From an uncultured Lutibacter sp. (GTDB taxonomy: Bacteria > Bacteroidota > Bacteroidia > Flavobacteriales > Flavobacteriaceae): a stretch of 64,000 nucleotides of DNA. Position numbers and translations under genes: made by a program. The notes under the pieces were generated by a model. The model made no database searches, was not told the origin of the DNA, and worked only from the letters and a program-made list of their open reading frames with translations. How positions within the stretch are numbered: the stretch's first letter is position 1; each line of letters begins with the position of its first letter. Shown here piece after piece: positions 48,902-59,232 of this stretch. Where the stretch lies: the NCBI GenBank assembly GCA_964342295.1, contig CAYFFC010000001.1, positions 72,453-136,452 of the forward strand, written 5' to 3'.

Positions 48902-49087
48902 ACTTGATATTTTTTTAACGCACAAAACTTAAAATCCTTTTTGGAAAGTATTCTTCGTTAAAAAATAAAGGTTGTACAAAATATCAATATTAAATTACAA
49001 AAATCAGCTAGATTTTTTTTTGATATTCCTTTTAAATATTTTAGGCTGTATTACTTTTTTGCCTTTCTTAAAATAAATAGCTTTATA

Positions 49088-49132
49088 GTAACAAATTCTT
49101 AACTTTAACTTAACATTAAGATGGGTTATTTG
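49088..49132 (+). promoter_or_regulatory. Pho-box-like 11-bp-phased repeats upstream of the porin gene
   Basis: GTAAC(49088), TTAAC(49099), TTAAC(49110); degenerate -7 GTTATTTG ending at 49132. Confidence 0.5.
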
Positions 49133-49158
49133 CAACGACAAAAACTAACAATCATTTT

Positions 49159-50349
49159 ATGAAATTTAAATTATCCCTAACAGTAATATTAGCAGCCTTT
49201 TCTTTAGTTACTATGGCGCAAGAAACAAATGCTCCAAAATTTGGAAAAGGACTCTTTAACCTTGTTGGACAAGACAGTACTTGGACAATGAAGATAGCAA
49301 CCCGAATGCAATTTTTAGCTGTTACAAATTTTGAAGAAGGCGAAAGCGGTGAATCTAATTTTTTGGTAAGACGTGCACGTTTAAAATTTGACGGATTTGC
49401 CTTTACGCCTAAACTTAAATATAAGATAGAGTTAGGACTCTCTAATAGAGATATTTCCGGAGCTTCAAAGTTTACAAGTAATGCCCCAAGATATATTTTA
49501 GATGCGGTAATTAAATATAATTTCGCAAAAAATTTAGAATTATGGTTTGGTCAAACTAAATTACCCGGTAACAGAGAACGTGTTATATCTTCCGGAAACC
49601 TTCAGCAAGTTGATCGTTCCTTATTAAACAGCCGCTTTAATATTGATCGTGATTTAGGAATACAACTAAGACATCATTGGAACTTGACTAATAAATTTGT
49701 TGTAAAGGAAATTTTTTCAATTTCCCAAGGTGAAGGACGTAATATTACAACCGGTAATTTAGGAGGGCATCAATATACGGGTAGAGTTGAGTTGTTACCT
49801 TTTGGAAATTTCACAAGTAAGGGTGATTATTCCGGAGGCGATTTAAAACTTGAAAAAACACCTAAGTTAGCTCTTGGTGTAGTTTACGACTTTAACAATA
49901 ACGCAGTTAAAAACAGAAGTAATCAAGGGTCGTACATGGCTAATGATGTTGGTTTTTACCAAACAAATATTAGCACTATGTTTATAGATGCTATGTTTAA
50001 GTACAAAGGGTTTTCTTTAATGGCAGAATACGCTGACCGGACGGCTGATGACCCATACGCCAAAAACTCAGATGGTTCACTTACAGGTGACGAAGTACAA
50101 GTTGGGAAAGGGTTAAATTTACAATCGGGTTATTTATTTCCTTCAAACTGGGAAATTTCTGGTCGATATACAAATATTGAGTTAGATAAATCCGTTACCG
50201 GTAAAGATGCTGAAAAACAATATACCTTAGGTGTTTCAAAATACATTGTTGGGCATAAACTAAAATTACAGTCGGATATAAGCCTTTTAGATGTTGCAAA
50301 TAATACTAATCAAATTATGTACAGGTTACAATTTGATATTCACTTCTAA
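49159..50349 (+). CDS. Phosphate-selective porin (OprO/OprP family)
   Basis: Signal peptide, RRARLKFDG, GQTKLPGNRE, beta-barrel ending in FDIHF; phosphate gene context. Confidence 0.82.
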   Translation: MKFKLSLTVILAAFSLVTMAQETNAPKFGKGLFNLVGQDSTWTMKIATRMQFLAVTNFEEGESGESNFLVRRARLKFDGFAFTPKLKYKIELGLSNRDISGASKFTSNAPRYILDAVIKYNFAKNLELWFGQTKLPGNRERVISSGNLQQVDRSLLNSRFNIDRDLGIQLRHHWNLTNKFVVKEIFSISQGEGRNITTGNLGGHQYTGRVELLPFGNFTSKGDYSGGDLKLEKTPKLALGVVYDFNNNAVKNRSNQGSYMANDVGFYQTNISTMFIDAMFKYKGFSLMAEYADRTADDPYAKNSDGSLTGDEVQVGKGLNLQSGYLFPSNWEISGRYTNIELDKSVTGKDAEKQYTLGVSKYIVGHKLKLQSDISLLDVANNTNQIMYRLQFDIHF

Positions 50350-50368
50350 AGATTTACTATTTTATCAT

Positions 50369-50400
50369 AAAAAAAGACAACTTAATAGTTGTCTTTTTTT
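50369..50400. terminator. Bidirectional terminator (porin / Na-Pi cotransporter)
   Basis: aaaaaaagacaact-taat-agttgtcttttttt. Confidence 0.85.
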
Positions 50401-52165
50401 ATGGCACATCGTCTTTTTCAAATAAGGTATCAGTTCTACTGTAAAGTAATTCAGCGACTTCAATAAGTTTTTTAATCATATCATTTACATTTCCATTGTC
50501 ATTAAACAGCGAGGAGGCCATTTCAGAAGAAATTAAATTTTTTCGAATAAGTTTGTCTATTGATTTATTGCTTTGCCGGATATTGGTTTTGGCTTGTTTT
50601 TTTAACTCTAATAATGTTTCCGAATATTTTTCCTTATCTTCATGGGTTCTAAATAAGTAAATAACTCTTAAGACTTTTACTACTTTTTTTCTAAATTTAT
50701 CATATTCCTTCAATAAATATTTATTATTTAAATGTAATGATAACGAAATGTTTTTGCGTAATTCGCGAACATCCTTAATAATCTCAACCATTTTTCTGTT
50801 TGCAATTTTTATATCAGTAAGCGCTTTATTTTGTGGTTTAGTTAAATTCAAGTCGCTTTGCGCAGTAGTGGCATATTTTAGTATTTCACCATAAATGGAT
50901 TTAACTTTTTTATAGTATAAATTCTCAATATCAACATCCAGGTCTTTATACGAGCTTTTAATGATAGTTTTAATTCGTTTTTCAGATTTTATATCTTCCC
51001 TATGAATATTTAATCCGTGCGAAACAATTTCAAAAATTGCATTATTAAATAGGTATTTCGATTCTTTTATAAGTGATGAAATAACTGTACCCGGAAATTT
51101 TAATACGGCTACATTCAAATACTTAGGTTCATCAATATCTTTATCAACCCTTTCTTTTATAACCCTAATTAAAAATTGTTCAAGTTTTTTCATAAAAGGA
51201 ATCATTAGCAAAACTCCTACACAATTAAAGATTGTATGGAACAATGCTAGTTTTAACGTATAATCATTTGGTGATATCCCAACACTTTCAGCTAAATAAT
51301 TTACAAATTTGGCTAGAGGAAAAATTAGCAATACTGCCAGCAAACCCGTATTAACATTAAAAATTAAATGAGCCGTAGCCAATCTTTTCCCTGCAATATT
51401 TGAGCTCAATGAACCCAAAATAGCTGTTATGGTTGTGCCTACATTTGCGCCAATTGCCAATGCAAGTGCATTTTCATATGTAATTTGGTTTGCCGATAAA
51501 GCAGTTAAAATTAAGGCAAGTGTAGCACTACTTGATTGTAAAATGGTTGTTAAAATTATTCCCAGCCCGGCATAAATAATAACACCTTTAAATCCTCCTA
51601 TGGCATAATCGGTTAAATCTACATATTGCTTAAAAACTTCAAAACCCTCTTTCATATAGTAAATACCAAGAAAGAAAAAGCCTAAACCTGCTAAAATATT
51701 TCCTAAGCCCTTTAACGATTTGCTGTTTTGAAATGAAAATATAATTCCAAAAACCAGCATAGGCATTGCTAACATTGCAATTTTTATTTTTAGACCAAAT
51801 CCGGCTACCAACCAAGCGGTTGCCGTAGTTCCAATATTAGCCCCAAAAATTAATCCTAAACCCCCAACAAGGCTAATGAGCCCGGCACTTATAAATGAGA
51901 TTGTAATTACAGAAACTAAAGAGCTGGATTGTATAAAAGCAGTTACAAAAGCCCCTAAACTTATACTTTTATATAACTTATTTGTAGCCTTTTTTAAAAT
52001 ATTTTGAAGCGGCCCTTTGGTAAAAACCTTAAAACCGTCTTCTAACATAATCATCCCAAACAGCAAAATAGCTATACCTGCCGAAATAGTTTTAAAATTT
52101 GGATTGAAATATAAAATTATCCCAACAATTATTAAAAAAAGGATAAAAAACAGCCTTTTAAACAT
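50399..52165 (-). CDS. Na+/Pi cotransporter (NptA/YjbB family) with a helical PhoU-like C-terminus
   Basis: Two QSSS repeats, GANIGTT / GANVGTT; start taken at MFKRLFF, downstream of the 52213-52246 hairpin. Confidence 0.9.
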   Translation of the reverse strand: MFKRLFFILFLIIVGIILYFNPNFKTISAGIAILLFGMIMLEDGFKVFTKGPLQNILKKATNKLYKSISLGAFVTAFIQSSSLVSVITISFISAGLISLVGGLGLIFGANIGTTATAWLVAGFGLKIKIAMLAMPMLVFGIIFSFQNSKSLKGLGNILAGLGFFFLGIYYMKEGFEVFKQYVDLTDYAIGGFKGVIIYAGLGIILTTILQSSSATLALILTALSANQITYENALALAIGANVGTTITAILGSLSSNIAGKRLATAHLIFNVNTGLLAVLLIFPLAKFVNYLAESVGISPNDYTLKLALFHTIFNCVGVLLMIPFMKKLEQFLIRVIKERVDKDIDEPKYLNVAVLKFPGTVISSLIKESKYLFNNAIFEIVSHGLNIHREDIKSEKRIKTIIKSSYKDLDVDIENLYYKKVKSIYGEILKYATTAQSDLNLTKPQNKALTDIKIANRKMVEIIKDVRELRKNISLSLHLNNKYLLKEYDKFRKKVVKVLRVIYLFRTHEDKEKYSETLLELKKQAKTNIRQSNKSIDKLIRKNLISSEMASSLFNDNGNVNDMIKKLIEVAELLYSRTDTLFEKDDVP

Positions 52166-52212
52166 TGCCTTTATTACATTTACCAGTAAACTTACATATA
52201 TTAACATAATAA

Positions 52213-52246
52213 AAAAAGCCTTCATAAAGTTTTATGAAGGCTTTTT
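52213..52246 (-). terminator. Hairpin between the PiT and Na/Pi genes
   Basis: aaaaagccttcataaa-gt-tttatgaaggcttttt. Confidence 0.75.
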
Positions 52247-52263
52247 AGTTATTAAACTTGAAG

Positions 52264-54522
52264 TTATGCTACAGGTTCTTTTTCTAATATTTGAAACTCT
52301 TGATATAACTGTAGTAAATTCATTAACGCACTTAATAAATCTTTGGTTTCCAACAAAATTCCAAAGTATAATGTTGTGTTTTTCGGGCTTGATTCAACAG
52401 TTCTAATTCGATCTATTTGCTTGTCAATAGATTCTGAAACATCATTAAACAACTCTTGCTTTGCATCTAATATTGAAGGCAAGTTTTCAAAATATTTCTC
52501 ATTAAAGTCCGTTTCAATTCTGTCAAATAAATCACCCAAACTGTTATTGATGTACTTTAAATCTTTTATCTGAGATTTTTTCAAATTTTTATGATTGTTA
52601 TATACATGCTTATGACTGGTAGAAGCAATATACTCTATAGATTGCGTAATATCTTGCAAATACCCCAAAACCATTAAGTAAAAACGGCTTGCTTTCACTG
52701 AAGTTTCGTCAAGCGATTTAATAAAGTAAAACACATCTTCCTTAAGATCGTTTACTTCTTTGTTTAGTTTTTTAACATGTTTTTCTGTTTTAGAAAGTTT
52801 ATTAAGGTCGTGCAGGGCTAAATCGTTTACCACATTGGTATAAAGTTTATTTACTCGTCTAACCACTTCCGAAATATGTGAAGAACTTTCATTAATTACT
52901 TCATTAATAGTAATTAATTCTGCACGCTCCATATAGCGCTTTTTCTTTTGGGCTTTGGATTTTTTAGCATGAGAAAGGTAACTTCTAACCAATAAAAATC
53001 CTACCAATACCAATAACATGGCAATAACAATTCCACCTCCCAGGTGAATTAAATAAGCAAAAATTCCTGCTGCCACAAAAGCAACTAATGCCGTAGAAAA
53101 CCATCCGGCAATTACATTTACAACACCGGCAACTCTGTAAACCGCACTTTCTCTATCCCAGGCACGGTCTGCTAAAGAGGTACCCATTGCAACCATAAAG
53201 GTAACATACGTTGTTGAAAGCGGCAATTTATATGATGTTGCAATAGATATTAAAATACCCGCAACCATTAGGTTTACTGATGCTCTAATCATATCAAACG
53301 CAGGAAGTTCGTATGATTTATCTTTAGGTAAAGAAACAACCGGTTTTTGAAATTGAGCATTTATTTTTCCCTGAATACTGTTTGGCAATACAAATTCAAT
53401 TAAATTGCTCATATTAACCGAAGTACGCACAATTAATCGAGAAAGAAAATTAGGTTGAAATTTTTCATGACCTTCACCTTGTCTTGCCAATCCAATTTCA
53501 GTATCTGCAACAGTTCTTGCTTTTTTAGAAAACCACAAGGTAACCACCATAATAGCACCTGCTATAAACAATAAACCAGATTCTGTAGGAACTTTTTTTG
53601 CCAAATCTCCCATTGAAAATGCAGTTGCTTCAACACCAGAACCTACCCAGGCCTCATAAGAGTGTAATGCAGCCATAGGCACCCCAATAAAGTTTACCAA
53701 ATCGTTGCCTGCAAAGGCTAAAGCTAAGCCAAACGTTCCAATAATTATTACCAATACAAGAATGTTCTTTTTAAACAAACTCATATATAATTGTGAAAGA
53801 ACTGTCCATAAAACAAAACTACCTGCAATAATATACAATTCATTACCTTCCAACAAACCTTTTACTTCACCATAGTACGGTGTTCCTTTTAGGCCTTTCA
53901 TAAAAATAAAATAGGTAATTGCTGTTAGTGCTACACCTCCAAAAATTGCTCCAAAATATTTCATTCTCTTTTCATATTGGAATGAAAATAGTAATCGCGA
54001 AACGTATTGCACCAATGCACCAATGGTAAATGCTACCACTACCGAAAGCAATATTCCTGAAATAATTAGCAAGGCTTTGTCTGAGTTAATATACTGGCCC
54101 AAATCTGCAAATGTTTGATTGGCATTTGCATTAATTTTAATTAGTGCCATTGCAACAGCTGCGCCCAATAATTCAAATACAATAGAAACTGTTGTAGATG
54201 TAGGCATTCCAAGCGTATTGAACAAATCCAATAAAATAACATCTGTTATCATTACCGCCATGAAAATAATCATAATTTCATTAAAGTAAAACTCGCTTGG
54301 CACAAAAATACCTTTTCTTGCAACTTCCATCATACCGCTTGAAAATACAGCACCAAAAAAAATTCCGAAGCTAGCTACTATCATTATTGTTCTAAGTGAA
54401 ACAGCTTTAGACCCAATAGCCGAGTTTAAGAAATTAACCGCATCATTACTAACTCCAACTACCAAATCAATTACCGCAAGCGCAACTAGCGCCACCAGCA
54501 TTAAAATGTAAATATCACCCAT
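52264..54522 (-). CDS. Inorganic phosphate transporter (PiT/PHO4) with a C-terminal PhoU-like domain
   Basis: GVSNDAVNFLNSAIG, GMPTSTT, FAGNDLVNFIG, LPLSTTY. Confidence 0.9.
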   Translation of the reverse strand: MGDIYILMLVALVALAVIDLVVGVSNDAVNFLNSAIGSKAVSLRTIMIVASFGIFFGAVFSSGMMEVARKGIFVPSEFYFNEIMIIFMAVMITDVILLDLFNTLGMPTSTTVSIVFELLGAAVAMALIKINANANQTFADLGQYINSDKALLIISGILLSVVVAFTIGALVQYVSRLLFSFQYEKRMKYFGAIFGGVALTAITYFIFMKGLKGTPYYGEVKGLLEGNELYIIAGSFVLWTVLSQLYMSLFKKNILVLVIIIGTFGLALAFAGNDLVNFIGVPMAALHSYEAWVGSGVEATAFSMGDLAKKVPTESGLLFIAGAIMVVTLWFSKKARTVADTEIGLARQGEGHEKFQPNFLSRLIVRTSVNMSNLIEFVLPNSIQGKINAQFQKPVVSLPKDKSYELPAFDMIRASVNLMVAGILISIATSYKLPLSTTYVTFMVAMGTSLADRAWDRESAVYRVAGVVNVIAGWFSTALVAFVAAGIFAYLIHLGGGIVIAMLLVLVGFLLVRSYLSHAKKSKAQKKKRYMERAELITINEVINESSSHISEVVRRVNKLYTNVVNDLALHDLNKLSKTEKHVKKLNKEVNDLKEDVFYFIKSLDETSVKASRFYLMVLGYLQDITQSIEYIASTSHKHVYNNHKNLKKSQIKDLKYINNSLGDLFDRIETDFNEKYFENLPSILDAKQELFNDVSESIDKQIDRIRTVESSPKNTTLYFGILLETKDLLSALMNLLQLYQEFQILEKEPVA

Positions 54523-54546
54523 TTATTTAAAGTTTAATTTAGATTG

Positions 54547-54591
54547 CAAATGTAAATTTATTAACAACTGCTAATGTTAATTTAATGTTAC
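54547..54591 (-). promoter_or_regulatory. PiT promoter with a phased direct repeat
   Basis: Minus strand GTAACATTAAA-TTAACATTAGC (starts at 54591 and 54580); TACATTTG at 54554-54547. Confidence 0.5.
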
Positions 54592-54765
54592 CATATTAAC
54601 AGTTTTAAAAATTAAATTTATAATTTTAAAAATACAAATAAATTTAATTTATTTCATTTTAAAAATGTGATTTTTATCAGCATTTTTAGTCATTGCAGAC
54701 TGAAATTACCCACAAGTAAAAATACTGCATACTCCTTCTTTAAAAAAAACTGTATCAATTTTAAT

Positions 54766-54821
54766 TTAACAAACACTTTACCTGTCCTTAACATATAGTT
54801 AATGCATTGATTGTTAATTTG
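54766..54821 (+). promoter_or_regulatory. pstS promoter with four 11-bp-phased Pho-box-like repeats
   Basis: TTAAC(54766), TTTAC(54777), TTAAC(54788), TTAAT(54799); degenerate -7 TTAATTTG ending at 54821. Confidence 0.55.
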
Positions 54822-54853
54822 CATTGTAGTAAACTATTGAATTTTAATTACAA

Positions 54854-55801
54854 ATGAAAAAAATATTAGTAATTGCTTTAGTTCTTATAGTAGGAGCTTG
54901 CAATAATAACAAGGATAGAAAAAAAGCCAATAAGGAAGCTAAATTAACAGGCACTATAGCTATTGACGGATCAAGTACTGTTTACCCTGTTACTGAGGCC
55001 GTAGCGGAAGAATTTAGGATTGTTCAGCCAAAAGTTAATGTAACCGTTGGTGTATCCGGTACAGGTGGAGGGTTTAAAAAATTCTCAAGGGGTGAAACAA
55101 ATATTTCAAACGCTTCAAGGCCCATAAAAGATAAAGAAAAAGCAGCTTGTAAAGAAAACAATATTACCTATGTTGAATTAGAAGTAGCTTATGATGGCTT
55201 GGCTGTTCTTATCAATCCAAATAATGATTGGGTTGACCATTTTACAGTTGATGAATTAAAGAAAATTTGGGAACCTGCTGCCCAAGGTGTAATTATGAAA
55301 TGGAATCAGATTCGTCCGGAGTGGCCTGATGAAGAAATTCATTTGTTTGGCCCCGGAGTGGCATCCGGAACTTTTGATTATTTTACTGAAGCCGTAGTTG
55401 GTAAAAGCGGTTCGAGTCGTGGTGACTTTACAGCAAGTGAAGATGATAATGTATTGGTACAAGGTATTGCAGGAGATAAATATGCTCTTGGCTTTTTTGG
55501 ACTTGCCTATTACGAAGAAAATAAAGATAAGTTGAGTTTAGTTGGTGTTGATGGTGGAGAAGGCATTGTAAAACCTTCATTAGAAACCGTAAGTAATGGA
55601 ACGTATAAACCTTTATCAAGACCTTTATTTGTCTATGTTAACAGTACATCAGTTAAAATGCCACACGTTGTGGAATTTATGAACTTTTACTTAAGCGAAG
55701 CAGGTGATTTGGCAAAAGACGTGGGGTATGTACCGCTTCCGGAAGCAAATTATATTGAACAAAAAGAGAAATTTAATGCATTTGTTACTGCCAATAAATA
55801 G
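54854..55801 (+). CDS. pstS: Phosphate ABC transporter substrate-binding lipoprotein
   Basis: Lipobox [39 protein letters not shown]. Confidence 0.95.
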   Translation: MKKILVIALVLIVGACNNNKDRKKANKEAKLTGTIAIDGSSTVYPVTEAVAEEFRIVQPKVNVTVGVSGTGGGFKKFSRGETNISNASRPIKDKEKAACKENNITYVELEVAYDGLAVLINPNNDWVDHFTVDELKKIWEPAAQGVIMKWNQIRPEWPDEEIHLFGPGVASGTFDYFTEAVVGKSGSSRGDFTASEDDNVLVQGIAGDKYALGFFGLAYYEENKDKLSLVGVDGGEGIVKPSLETVSNGTYKPLSRPLFVYVNSTSVKMPHVVEFMNFYLSEAGDLAKDVGYVPLPEANYIEQKEKFNAFVTANK

Positions 55802-55836
55802 GCTGCAAATAGCAACAAAATAATATCTTAAAAACT

Positions 55837-55872
55837 AATTGCCTTGGTTCTCATAAAAGAAGTAAGGCAATT
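55837..55872 (+). other. Intercistronic stem-loop between pstS and pstC (possible mRNA stabiliser/attenuator)
   Basis: aattgcctt...aaggcaatt with inner ttct/agaa pairing. Confidence 0.5.
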
Positions 55873-55885
55873 TTAACTGTTCTAA

Positions 55886-56764
55886 ATGAATAAACTGAAA
55901 GAATTATTTATTGAAAAAACCCTGTTGGCAAGTGCTCTGGTTACCATTGCTGTTACCGCAGGAATTCTGTTTGTGCTTACGTTTGAGGCTGTCAGTTTTT
56001 TTAGCGAAGTTTCCATAATTGACTTTTTTACAGATACTCAATGGACTCCTTTATTCACCCAAAAGCATTTTGGAATATTGCCATTGTTGACAGGTACATT
56101 GCTCATTTCATTTATAGCAATTTCTGTGGCTTTACCTATTGGGTTAACTATCAGTATTTATTTAAGTGAATATGCTCCAAAAAGCTTTAGAAAAACCATA
56201 AAACCATTATTAGAATTGTTAGCTGCAGTACCAACTGTGGTGTATGGTTTTTTTGCCCTAACGGTAGTAACACCCTTCTTACAAGGATTCATACCAAATT
56301 TATCTAGTTTCAACTCGCTTTCAGCAGGAATTGTAATGGGAATAATGATTATCCCTTTTGTTTCCTCTTTAAGTGAAGATGCATTGCACGCAGTACCAAA
56401 CGCATTACGTGAAGCCTCTTTTGGAATGGGTTCTACAAAACTACAAACAGCCTTTAGGGTAATTGTTCCGGCGGCTTCATCAGGTATAATTGTTTCAGTA
56501 ATATTGGCTATTTCAAGGGCTATAGGTGAAACTATGATTGTAGCCATTGCGGCCGGCCAACAGCCAAGGTTAACACTTGACCCAACTGTGCCGGTTGAAA
56601 CCATTACTGCCTATATAGTTCAGGTGAGCTTGGGTGATGTTGAGCATGGCTCTTTAGAGTATAAAACAATTTTTGCTGCCGGTATTACCTTATTTGCATT
56701 TACATTTTTGCTTAATACCATAAGCTTCAGAATTCGAAAAAAATATCAAGAACGCTATGAATAG
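55886..56764 (+). CDS. pstC: Phosphate ABC permease PstC
   Basis: FGILPLLTGT, LAAVPTVVYG, SRAIGETM. Confidence 0.95.
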   Translation: MNKLKELFIEKTLLASALVTIAVTAGILFVLTFEAVSFFSEVSIIDFFTDTQWTPLFTQKHFGILPLLTGTLLISFIAISVALPIGLTISIYLSEYAPKSFRKTIKPLLELLAAVPTVVYGFFALTVVTPFLQGFIPNLSSFNSLSAGIVMGIMIIPFVSSLSEDALHAVPNALREASFGMGSTKLQTAFRVIVPAASSGIIVSVILAISRAIGETMIVAIAAGQQPRLTLDPTVPVETITAYIVQVSLGDVEHGSLEYKTIFAAGITLFAFTFLLNTISFRIRKKYQERYE

Positions 56765-57611
56765 CATTAAAATAAATAGATTAAAAGACCATCTTTTTAA
56801 AATTTGGGGCATTGCCTGTACCTTGGTTGGCATAATATTATTAGCTGTTTTTATAGGCGATATTTTGATTGAAGGAATAGCCAGAATAGATTGGAATTTT
56901 ATAACTAGTCTCCCCTCAAGAAAAGCAGAACGTGCAGGTATTTGGACAGCTCTAATGGGAAGTATTTGGGTGTTGGGGCTCACTGCTGTTATTGCATTTC
57001 CATTAGGGGTTGCAGCCGGAATTTATTTGGAAGAATACGAAAATAAAAATAAATTGGCCTCACTTTTAGAAATTAACATTTCAAACCTTGCAGGAGTTCC
57101 TTCAATAATTTATGGCCTTTTGGGGCTTGAGGTATTTGTAAGAATACTTAATTTGGGAGCTAGTGTTTTGGCGGGTAGTTTAACATTATCCCTTTTAATT
57201 TTGCCCATTATAATTGTTGCAACCAGAGAAGCCCTAAAAGCAGTACCAAAAACCTTACGAGATGCATCTTTTGCACTTGGCGCTTCTAAATGGCAAACTA
57301 TTTGGTATCAATTATTACCGGCATCATTTGGGGGAATTTTAACCGGTGTAATTTTAGCGTTGTCAAGAGCTGTGGGCGAAACCGCCCCTTTAATTATAAT
57401 TGGTGCGCTCACCTATGTTCCTTTTGCTCCGGAATCGCCACTTGACGAATTCTCAGTATTACCCATCCAAATATTTAATTGGATATCAAGACCACAACAC
57501 GGGTTTATAGAAAACGCTGCTGCTGCCATTATAATTTTGTTATTAATTACTTTTTTAATGAATGGAATAGCTGTATATTTTAGAAACAGGTGGCAGAAAA
57601 AATTGAGTTAA
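56757..57611 (+). CDS. pstA: Phosphate ABC permease PstA
   Basis: GIYLEEY, NLAGVPSIIYG, SRAVGETAP. Confidence 0.95.
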   Translation: MNSIKINRLKDHLFKIWGIACTLVGIILLAVFIGDILIEGIARIDWNFITSLPSRKAERAGIWTALMGSIWVLGLTAVIAFPLGVAAGIYLEEYENKNKLASLLEINISNLAGVPSIIYGLLGLEVFVRILNLGASVLAGSLTLSLLILPIIIVATREALKAVPKTLRDASFALGASKWQTIWYQLLPASFGGILTGVILALSRAVGETAPLIIIGALTYVPFAPESPLDEFSVLPIQIFNWISRPQHGFIENAAAAIIILLLITFLMNGIAVYFRNRWQKKLS

Positions 57612-58421
57612 ATGGAAATACAAATCCAACAGATAAATGAAATGAATACAAAGAAAGATAAAAAAGAAGCTTTTAAATTACAGGCTAAAGATATACATGT
57701 TTGGTACAACGATTTTGAAGCAATAAAAGGTGTAGGTATCAATATCAAACCAAATACTGTAACTGCATTTATTGGTCCTTCAGGGTGTGGAAAATCTACT
57801 TTCTTACGCTTGTTCAACAGGATGAATGATTATGTTGACGGTTTTAAAATGGAAGGAAAAATTAAGATTGACGGGGTTAACATCAATAAAAAGAAAATGG
57901 ATGTTGAGCAACTTAGAAAAGATGTTGGTATGGTTTTTCAAAAACCAAACCCATTTCCTAAATCGATTTATGAAAATGTAGCTTACGGACTTAAAATTCA
58001 GGGAATAAAGGACAAAAATTATATTGATACAAGAGTTGAAAAATCGTTAAAACAAGCCGATTTATGGGAAGAAGTAAAAGACAATCTTAAAAAATCGGCT
58101 TTAGCGCTTTCCGGTGGACAGCAACAACGTTTGTGTATTGCTCGAACCTTAGCTGTAGAACCATCAATTATTTTAATGGATGAACCTACTTCAGCCTTAG
58201 ACCCAATTTCAACTGCAAAAATTGAAGAACTCATCTATGAATTAAAAAGAAAATACACTATTATTATTGTTACTCATAACATGCAACAAGCCAGTAGAAT
58301 TAGTGACTATACAGCATTTTTTTATATGGGAGAATTAGTAGAGTACAACAAAACAAAGATTTTGTTTACCAAACCTGAAAAACAAAGAACTGAAAACTAT
58401 ATATCCGGCCGTTTCGGTTAA
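57612..58421 (+). CDS. pstB: Phosphate ABC ATPase PstB
   Basis: [42 protein letters not shown]. Confidence 0.96.
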   Translation: MEIQIQQINEMNTKKDKKEAFKLQAKDIHVWYNDFEAIKGVGINIKPNTVTAFIGPSGCGKSTFLRLFNRMNDYVDGFKMEGKIKIDGVNINKKKMDVEQLRKDVGMVFQKPNPFPKSIYENVAYGLKIQGIKDKNYIDTRVEKSLKQADLWEEVKDNLKKSALALSGGQQQRLCIARTLAVEPSIILMDEPTSALDPISTAKIEELIYELKRKYTIIIVTHNMQQASRISDYTAFFYMGELVEYNKTKILFTKPEKQRTENYISGRFG

Positions 58422-58433
58422 AAATTACTTACT

Positions 58434-59102
58434 ATGAATAATCCAGAATATCAAAGAGAAAACTTAAATCAGGCTGCATTTGAAATGCTGTTGCTGTGTC
58501 AAAAACAGCTTAAAAAAGTTGAAGAAGCTTATTTAACCAATGATACCGATTTGGCTGAAGAAGTAATTTATAAAGAAAATAGGGTAAATGCCCTAGACCT
58601 AAAAATTGAGCGCGATTGTGAAAGGTTTATTGCCTTATTTAATCCGGTAGCAACCGATTTACGTTTTATCATGTCCATTTTAAAAATAAATTATAATGTT
58701 GAGCGTATTGGTGACCAGGCTTTTGATATAGCTAATTATTTAGTTGATTTTGAAAATCATTTAGACCCGGTATTACTAGATAAACTGCAATTTAAAGAAA
58801 TGTTTTCTCAAGTTAACGCCATGTTTAATGATGTTATTGAAGCGTATGAAGATGAAAACACAAAAGCAGCTAGAAAAGTATTTAAAAAAGATAAGGCCAT
58901 AAATAAAATAAACAAGCAGGCATTAAAAATTATTGCCAATGAAATTAAGGCGAATCTTGAAATAACCGAACAAGCTTTATTACTTTTTTCTGTAATAAAA
59001 AAGCTTGAACGCGTAGGAGATTTATTAAAAAATATTTCTGAAAGTATTATTTTTTACTTAGATGCCGAAGTATTGGTTCACAAGAAAAAAAAGGGTAAAT
59101 AA
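58434..59102 (+). CDS. phoU: Phosphate signalling/uptake regulator PhoU
   Basis: PVATDLR, ERIGDQA, LERVGD, NISE. Confidence 0.95.
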   Translation: MNNPEYQRENLNQAAFEMLLLCQKQLKKVEEAYLTNDTDLAEEVIYKENRVNALDLKIERDCERFIALFNPVATDLRFIMSILKINYNVERIGDQAFDIANYLVDFENHLDPVLLDKLQFKEMFSQVNAMFNDVIEAYEDENTKAARKVFKKDKAINKINKQALKIIANEIKANLEITEQALLLFSVIKKLERVGDLLKNISESIIFYLDAEVLVHKKKKGK

Positions 59103-59232
59103 TTTAGGATAAACGAGTGAAAAGATAAAACAATTAACTAAAAGTTTTAATTTAAACATAATAATGATTCTAGATTACTACGTTAAATCTTATATAAACA
59201 CAAAAATTCTTTTTACTAGTCTCTTTATAATT

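Noticed and set aside
48911-48965. 10-bp inverted repeat after the nuo operon
   Set aside because: Mostly A/T with a 35-nt loop; too weak to call a terminator or operator.
52166-52225. ORF-track N-terminal extension of the Na/Pi cotransporter
   Set aside because: It begins inside the 52213-52246 terminator hairpin; MFKRLFF at 52165 is the more plausible start.
54668-54679. Third FNR/CRP-like dyad TGAT-TTTT-ATCA between pit and pstS
   Set aside because: It lies more than 120 bp from either -7 element, not at the 36-bp spacing seen at the other sites, and could arise by chance in AT-rich DNA.
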